In this document: positions 58,163 through 64,000 of the stretch, one piece after another
Numbering within the stretch: the first letter of the stretch is position 1
Layout: the number at the start of each line of letters is the position of its first letter
Origin: Alkalispirochaeta sp.
GTDB taxonomy: Bacteria > Spirochaetota > Spirochaetia > DSM-27196 > Alkalispirochaetaceae
Assembly (NCBI GenBank): GCA_965601925.1
Contig: OZ271854.1
Span: 1,024,001 to 1,088,000, forward strand
Direction: 5' to 3'
Length of the DNA: 64,000 bases
Position numbers and translations under genes: made by a program
The notes under the pieces: generated by a model
The model's input: only the letters and a program-made list of their open reading frames with translations
Told to the model about the DNA's origin: nothing
Database searches by the model: none

Positions 58163-60676
58163 ATGGGAAGACAACCGATGTTGGGGATAGAGGAACGGCC
58201 GTCACTGTTCGAACGCATCGCGACAATGGGAAACGCGCCGGGCGATACTGAGGAGCTTCGCCTGCACAAACGGTTTCTCATTTATATGGCGGTGCTCATG
58301 AGCGGGGGTGGTATCCTGTGGGGCACGATCTGTTCGGTATTCGGTTTGTACGTTCCAGCAATAATCCCGTTTGGGTACACGGTACTGTCGATCATAAACT
58401 TGTCTTCGTTTGCGATTTGGAAGCGATTTCGACCGGTACGTTTTTTCCAAGTGCTCATCAGCCTGTTACTGCCCTTTCTCTTTCAATGGAGTTTGGGCGG
58501 CTTTGTCGTTACAGGAGCGGTCATGCTGTGGGCGTTGCTGGCGCTCATCGCGTCGATCTCTTTTCAGAACGTCACGCTCGCCGCGCGTTGGTTCGTCGCC
58601 TACATTATATTGACCGTCATTTCGGGTGTCGTTGATCCATGGCTTCCGTTTCGGATGCCCAGCACGGAGACGACGGTCGTCATGTTCTTCGTGACCAACG
58701 TGGTGGTCATATCTTCGATCGTCGGAGTGTTGGTACTCTACTTTGTCCACGCCAAAGAGGTGGCGAACGCGAAACTTCTCAGGCTCAAGGAGAGTCTCGA
58801 GTCGATGGTTGCGACGCGAACCCATGAACTCTCCGACGCCTTGGCACATCTTCGCGCGATCGTCGATAACATCGCCGACGGTTTGGTCGTGACCGACAAC
58901 GACGGCCTTATCACACATGCCAATCCGGCGCTGGAATCGATGTTTGCAGTCGACCGAGAGGGCGTAATCGGACGTTCCGCGAAGGAGCTCAGTTCGACGA
59001 TTTGGGAGCTGGTGCATCGCAGTTGCACGACTCGCACGATGTCCAACGCCGAGGTTCCTCTGGTAGGGAGACGAGTTGCCAAGGCGGTCACCAACACCAT
59101 TATCAAGGACGTCGATGAGAACGATAGCGCGACGCTCGAATGTCTCGGCTCGGTAACGGTTATACGCGATATCACGCGCGAGAAGGAGATCGACGCGATG
59201 AAGACCGATTTCATCTCCAACGTCTCACACGAACTGCGTACTCCCCTGACCTCCGTACTCGGATTTGCAAAGATGATCGGGAAGAAATTCGATGATACGC
59301 TCCTTCCGATGCTGGATGTCGACGATCGCAGGGTACAGCGCGCGATCGATCAGGTGCGTGGAAATCTTAATATCATCGTATCGGAAGGGGAGCGGCTCAC
59401 GTCGCTCATCAATGACGTACTCGATATCTCCAAGATGGAGGCGGGTAAAATTGAATGGAAGTTTCAACCGCATCGGTTGGACGAGGTCATCGACCGCGCG
59501 GTGGCCGCAACAAGCGGACTCTTTGCCGCCAACCCCCGTGTCGTACTTCGAACCGAGATAGAAGAGAACACGCCGGTACTCAACATGGATCGTGACCGTA
59601 TCATTCAAGTGTTGGTGAACCTTATCTCCAACGCGAACAAGTTCACTGCCGAGGGTAGCGTCACCGTACGTACCCGACTCAGTGGATCGGAAATGGTCGT
59701 CAGCGTCGTCGATACCGGAGCCGGTATTCCGGCGGAACACCGAACGCTGGTATTTGAAAAGTTCAAGCAGGTCGGGGATACCTTGACCGACAAGCCGATG
59801 GGCACCGGACTCGGGCTGCCGATCTGCAAGCAGATCGTGGAGCACCACGGTGGGCGCATCTGGGTGGAAAGCGGCGCCGAAGGCGGCAGCACCTTCGCTT
59901 TCAGTCTGCCGCTCGATGCTGCATCGAGCGACGATGCAAGTGTGCGAATGACAGATCTCGAGACACTCATCAAGAGTCTCAAGAGGAAAGCAACCGAAGG
60001 CCATGTAGACACCGATGCCGCCGCCGAAAAACGTGTTTTTATCGTCGATGACGACGAAAGCATCCGGACCCTTCTCCGTCAGGAACTCGAGGACGACGGC
60101 TACGTCGTAGACGAAGCGGTAAACGGTACGGAGGCCCTGGAATACCTTCGCACCAACCGGCCGGCGTTGATGATCCTCGACGTCATGATGCCGGGTATGA
60201 ACGGCTTCGACGTTGCCGCCATCGTGAGAAGCAACCCCGATACTATGGATATTCCGATCATCATTCACTCGATCATTGAGGACCGCGAGCGAGGCTATCG
60301 ACTCGGCGTAGATAGGTATCTGACCAAACCGATCAATACTCAACATCTCCTCCAGGAGATAGGCGCAGTCGTTGAGCAGGGAAGCAAATCGCGAAAAAAG
60401 GTTCTCGTGCTCGACGAGAACGAATCAACGGTGAAGTCTCTGATAGACGTGCTTTCGGCGCGCGGTTATCACGCGATCGGGGCATACAGCGGCACGGAGG
60501 GTCTGGAGCGGGCGCGGAACGAAAAACCGGACATGGTCATTGTAGACTCAATCCTGTCGGAACGGTACTCGATTATTCAGACGTTACGTTTTGAACGGGA
60601 AACCGAGAATCTGGTCTTTGTAGTACTCGGCGAGGAAAATCGGAATGAAGGCGATCAACCTAAAGCGCGTGATTAA
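58163..60676 (+). CDS. Hybrid sensor histidine kinase (6TM-PAS-HisKA-HATPase-REC-REC)
   Basis: Six TM segments; PAS (IVDNIADGLVVTD); FISNVSHELRTPL; NLISNA.KFT, DTGAGI, GTGLGL; REC1 IVDDD/LDVMMP; degenerate REC2. Confidence 0.9.
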   Translation: MGRQPMLGIEERPSLFERIATMGNAPGDTEELRLHKRFLIYMAVLMSGGGILWGTICSVFGLYVPAIIPFGYTVLSIINLSSFAIWKRFRPVRFFQVLISLLLPFLFQWSLGGFVVTGAVMLWALLALIASISFQNVTLAARWFVAYIILTVISGVVDPWLPFRMPSTETTVVMFFVTNVVVISSIVGVLVLYFVHAKEVANAKLLRLKESLESMVATRTHELSDALAHLRAIVDNIADGLVVTDNDGLITHANPALESMFAVDREGVIGRSAKELSSTIWELVHRSCTTRTMSNAEVPLVGRRVAKAVTNTIIKDVDENDSATLECLGSVTVIRDITREKEIDAMKTDFISNVSHELRTPLTSVLGFAKMIGKKFDDTLLPMLDVDDRRVQRAIDQVRGNLNIIVSEGERLTSLINDVLDISKMEAGKIEWKFQPHRLDEVIDRAVAATSGLFAANPRVVLRTEIEENTPVLNMDRDRIIQVLVNLISNANKFTAEGSVTVRTRLSGSEMVVSVVDTGAGIPAEHRTLVFEKFKQVGDTLTDKPMGTGLGLPICKQIVEHHGGRIWVESGAEGGSTFAFSLPLDAASSDDASVRMTDLETLIKSLKRKATEGHVDTDAAAEKRVFIVDDDESIRTLLRQELEDDGYVVDEAVNGTEALEYLRTNRPALMILDVMMPGMNGFDVAAIVRSNPDTMDIPIIIHSIIEDRERGYRLGVDRYLTKPINTQHLLQEIGAVVEQGSKSRKKVLVLDENESTVKSLIDVLSARGYHAIGAYSGTEGLERARNEKPDMVIVDSILSERYSIIQTLRFERETENLVFVVLGEENRNEGDQPKARD

Positions 60677-62069
60677 ACCCGCCGCGATTCGCAGACTTCT
60701 CAACGAGTTCGGAACCGAGATAGCGCCGGGTCTTACGATATGTGAGCCTGACGGGACGATTCTCTGGGGAAAACGGACGCGCGGCGACGCGGTCCCGATT
60801 GCGTATCAACAGACCGAGCTCGGCGTGGTCTACGCCGAACGAAACGCCGACCACGTCGCGGCGTGCCTCTCCTATATGGCGCAGCAGGAGGCGGAGAAGC
60901 GAACACTCGCAGCTGAGACATTGGACCGCTACAAGGAAGTTACCTTGATGTACCGACTCACCGAGAGGCTGGCGTCGAGCCTTGTAGTGACCGAACTGGC
61001 CGAGCTCGTGTTGGAAGAGGCCCTAAAAAACCTTCCCGGTGACGCCGCCTCAATCATGATTCTGGACGAAGAGAGCGGGCGCTTGGTAAAAACCGCGGCA
61101 ATCGGTACAGCGGGGTTGGAGACACACCGAGATACGAGCCCGGATGACGGGATCGTCGGAGCGGTGTTCTCCTCGGGGCAGGCGGAGATCGTCAACGATG
61201 TCGCGCAGGATCCTCGCTACGTGCCGGGCGAAGAGACCGTCAGTTCGATGATGTGCGCGCCGCTCAAGGCCAAAGGGAAATGTTTCGGCGTCGTGAAAAT
61301 CAGTAGCCGCGCGTCGCTCATCTACAACGCAAGCGACCTGAAACTGTTTAGCGCCGTCTGCCTCGAAGCGGCCTACGCAATTGACAACGCGAATCTACAT
61401 GTAAGTAAACTGAGGGAAGAACGTATTAAGGGTAACTTACAGCGCTATGTTTCCACTCAGTTGGTGGAGGCGATCATCGGTTCGCACGGGGAGTTGTCGC
61501 TCGAACCGCGAAGAATGAACATAACGATCCTCTTTTCGGATATCCGTGATTTTACGTCAAAGTGCGAAAACCTCGCGCCGGAGACGTTGGTCGGCCACCT
61601 CAATGACTATTTCACCCGCATGGTGAACGTGATCTTCGACAAACACGGCACGATCAATAAGTTTGTCGGCGATATGATCGTCGCTCTGTTCGGCGCGCCG
61701 TTGCCGGTGGATAACCACGAACGTAACGCGGTACGCGCGGCCATCGATATGCAGTTGGACCTCCGCCAATCAGCGGATCCTTGGATTCAAGAAAACTTCA
61801 ATACCGGGATAGGTATAAACAGCGGAGAGGTGATCGTCGGCAATATCGGATCTCATCATCACACCGACTACACCGCAATCGGTGATGAGGTCAATGTTGC
61901 TGCGCGCCTTCAAGCACGTGCCCGAGGGGGCCAGATATTCGTGACCGAGAGCGTGTACGGTTTAACGAAAGACGACTTCGAATACCGCAAAGTCGGTAGT
62001 GAATACTTGAAAGGAAAGCAGAGACCGGTCGACGTCTATGAGGTCGTCTATGACCACGAGGACACATAA
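60645..62069 (+). CDS. Class III adenylate cyclase with GAF domain
   Basis: GAF (GIVG.V..SG...IVNDV.QDPRY, SMMCAPL); LFSDIRDFT, KFVGD, GIGINSG, YTAIGDEVNVAARL. The Lys/Thr pair suggests ATP specificity. Confidence 0.9.
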   Translation: MKAINLKRVIKPAAIRRLLNEFGTEIAPGLTICEPDGTILWGKRTRGDAVPIAYQQTELGVVYAERNADHVAACLSYMAQQEAEKRTLAAETLDRYKEVTLMYRLTERLASSLVVTELAELVLEEALKNLPGDAASIMILDEESGRLVKTAAIGTAGLETHRDTSPDDGIVGAVFSSGQAEIVNDVAQDPRYVPGEETVSSMMCAPLKAKGKCFGVVKISSRASLIYNASDLKLFSAVCLEAAYAIDNANLHVSKLREERIKGNLQRYVSTQLVEAIIGSHGELSLEPRRMNITILFSDIRDFTSKCENLAPETLVGHLNDYFTRMVNVIFDKHGTINKFVGDMIVALFGAPLPVDNHERNAVRAAIDMQLDLRQSADPWIQENFNTGIGINSGEVIVGNIGSHHHTDYTAIGDEVNVAARLQARARGGQIFVTESVYGLTKDDFEYRKVGSEYLKGKQRPVDVYEVVYDHEDT

Positions 62070-62070
62070 C

Positions 62071-62454
62071 ATGAGCAACAAAATTTTGATCATCGACGAT
62101 GAAGCCCACATCCGCCTACTGCTCCAGCAGACCCTGGAGGATTTCGAAGATGAAGGCGTACAGATCATAACGGCGGACAACGGAAAGGACGGATATGAGC
62201 TGATCAAAAGCGAGGAGCCCGACCTCGTCTTCTTGGACGTGATGATGCCGCACATGAACGGATACGAGGTCTGCGAGTCGGTGAAGAGGGATCATGATCT
62301 AAAAAAAACGGTGATCGTTCTCCTAACGGCTAAGGGCCAGGAGGCGGATAAGAAGAAGGGTGACGAAGCGGGGGCCGACGCCTATATGACCAAACCATTC
62401 GATCCGGACCTTGTCGTCGCCAAGGCATCGGAGGTCTTGAGAATTGAGATCTGA
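62071..62454 (+). CDS. Single-domain response regulator (CheY-like)
   Basis: LIIDDE, FLDVMMP.MNG, LLTAKG, YMTKPF. Confidence 0.92.
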   Translation: MSNKILIIDDEAHIRLLLQQTLEDFEDEGVQIITADNGKDGYELIKSEEPDLVFLDVMMPHMNGYEVCESVKRDHDLKKTVIVLLTAKGQEADKKKGDEAGADAYMTKPFDPDLVVAKASEVLRIEI

Positions 62455-62459
62455 TATGT

Positions 62460-62675
62460 TCATACGATCTTGATAGTAGTTCACCATTAAGATCGTGCCG
62501 TGGACCTCTTGGCGAAAGCGCACCGTAGCGAGTGATTCGTCGCCGGTCCGGTCGGCGTCGTACAGCTCCGTGGTGACAAGCCGTGCCGGTTCCACAATCT
62601 CCCGGTACGTGCCGTCCATACCCGTCGTCTCACCGGAGGCAGGTCGCCACACGTAGCGAAGACAGCCGCGGACGT
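62460..62675 (-). pseudogene. SRPBCC gene fragment, paralogous to 56914-57426
   Basis: RYVWRPASGETTGMDGTYREIVEPARLVTTELYDADRTG matches RYEWRSPEGETMGMGGEYREIAAPARLVTTELYDADWTG; both termini missing. Confidence 0.75.
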
Positions 62676-62768
62676 GACGATACTGCAACGACGAGTCGTC
62701 GGGTACACGCCGGGACGCCGTTGATGTACCCGTGTCGAGGCCTGGTACCGGTAGAGATCGAGCGCAGG

Positions 62769-63374
62769 TTATCGAAGCTGCCGCACGTAGGCGGAAAGAC
62801 AGCGGGCCGCCTCCGATAGAAGCTCTTCCAACTCCGGCGTGCCTGCGTATGCGGGCAGGCGGAACAGCACCGACTCAATGACTCCGTAGATCACACGTCC
62901 CGCGGCCGGAGCCCTTGTCGGTTGATCGCGTAATCGGGTGGCGGCGAGTATCGTCGCTACCTCACCTTCGAGTTTGCGTTCGAACAGGGAGACGGTGGCG
63001 GCAACGTCGTCGTCGTGCACCGTGAGATCGTAGATGTCTCGAAATAGCGCTCCGAACGAGACGACGTACGCGGCGGCCTCGTCCAGCAGAGCGCGCATTC
63101 GTGCTTCATCGTCGTGCGTAGTCGGTCCCGAAAAGAAGCGCGCAATATCGAGGTCACCGAAGCCCTCCAAGAATGTATCGAGAATCTCTATGAAGGCGGC
63201 TCGTTTGTCGGGGAAGTACTCATAGAAAGTTCCGACCGCGACATCGGCCCCCCGCGCAATATCGCGGGCCTGGGTCTTCCGGTATCCGGTGGCGACAAAA
63301 CACGTCCGCGCCGCGTCTACGAGACGGTCGCGGGTGGCGCGGCTTCTGGTTTGTCGGGGAACTCGACGAGGCAT
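62769..63374 (-). CDS. TetR/AcrR-family regulator
   Basis: PRQTRSRATRDRLVDAA, IARGADVAVGTFYEYFPDK. Confidence 0.88.
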   Translation of the reverse strand: MPRRVPRQTRSRATRDRLVDAARTCFVATGYRKTQARDIARGADVAVGTFYEYFPDKRAAFIEILDTFLEGFGDLDIARFFSGPTTHDDEARMRALLDEAAAYVVSFGALFRDIYDLTVHDDDVAATVSLFERKLEGEVATILAATRLRDQPTRAPAAGRVIYGVIESVLFRLPAYAGTPELEELLSEAARCLSAYVRQLR

Positions 63375-63408
63375 ATGTCAAAGCATATACGAACATCATG
63401 ACAGATAA

Positions 63409-63479
63409 AAGTCGAAGTCAAGTTCAATTTCTCTTGACAGATCGTCGGACGATTTATAAATTGAAGTTGAGTTCAATTT
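63409..63479 (+). promoter_or_regulatory. Promoter flanked by two candidate TetR operators
   Basis: TTGACA (63434-39), 17 nt, TAAATT (63457-62). Perfect AAATTGAA-N6-TTCAATTT (63458-79) and degenerate AAGTCGAA-N6-TTCAATTT (63409-30). Confidence 0.7.
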
Positions 63480-63496
63480 CAATTAAGGAGATGCAT

Positions 63497-64000
63497 ATGA
63501 CAATTCAATCCATGGATAGGTCGACGTTCCCGCACGCGCGAGCCCTGGTAAATCGGGTATTTCCCGTTCAGACCCTCGTGGAACGATCATTCTTCTGGGC
63601 GTGGAAGCACCGCGACCGTCGGTGGATGCAACGGCTTCTTATTCTCGCGGGGGTCCACTCGTTGGACGACTTCTGGGTCGCGGTCGACGGAGACGGGACG
63701 GTCGTTGGAACGACGGGATTGCATGCCTATGCACGCGACCACGAGGAGGCGCGCTGGCTCAGTTGGTTTTGCGTCGCCCCGGAGGCGCGTGGAAGGGGAA
63801 TAGGCAGAGATCTCCTCGACTTTGCGATCCGTCAAGCTCGCGAACGAGGATTTCGCTACCTCCGCCTCTACACCGGCTCGGACCCCGACGAAGCGAAGGC
63901 GCAAGTGCTCTATGAGTCGCGGGGGTTACGCGAAGTTCGTCGGACGCCGAAACTGGGATTCGAGCGCATTGATCGCGAGTTGGAGCTGTCGAGCGTACGG
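63497..64000 (+). CDS. GNAT acetyltransferase, 3'-partial
   Basis: SD TAAGGAG. Manual translation: VVGTTGL...WFCVAPEARGRGIGRDLL...AQVLYESRGL; no stop before the window end. Confidence 0.85.
   Translation, partial: MTIQSMDRSTFPHARALVNRVFPVQTLVERSFFWAWKHRDRRWMQRLLILAGVHSLDDFWVAVDGDGTVVGTTGLHAYARDHEEARWLSWFCVAPEARGRGIGRDLLDFAIRQARERGFRYLRLYTGSDPDEAKAQVLYESRGLREVRRTPKLGFERIDRELELSSVR

Noticed and set aside
1..64000. CRISPR arrays, rRNA/tRNA, transposases, prophage or anti-phage defence genes near the WYL regulators
   Set aside because: None recognised; the WYL neighbours are metabolic or stress genes, not BREX, CBASS or restriction-modification components.

Overview
GC-rich bacterial chromosomal window; taxon not determinable here (Spirochaetia-like is a guess). 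Bases 1-20.8 kb hold an anaerobic purine/uric-acid catabolism cluster: a CDA-type deaminase, two different molybdenum hydroxylases, two NCS2 permeases, adenine deaminase, and ygfK-ssnA-ygeY. ygeY is followed by two translationally coupled fold-type II PLP enzymes, and no canonical ygeX lies in the window. Bases 21-58 kb are a dense patchwork of small stress and detoxification modules: WYL, ArsR, TetR, HxlR, AraC, MerR and ECF regulators next to VOC, SRPBCC, RibD-like, hydrolase, AlkC/AlkD, LemA-TPM and ABC/two-component genes, with several deleted or frameshifted remnants. Bases 58-62.5 kb encode a hybrid histidine kinase, a GAF adenylate cyclase and a receiver protein. Main non-coding signals: two WYL loci share a GTGAC-N8-GTCAC palindrome followed 10-11 nt later by an identical TG-TACGCT -10 box, resembling PafBC-type promoters, and many genes appear leaderless. 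No rRNA, tRNA, CRISPR array or transposase was recognised. Family calls come from motif recognition, not database searches.
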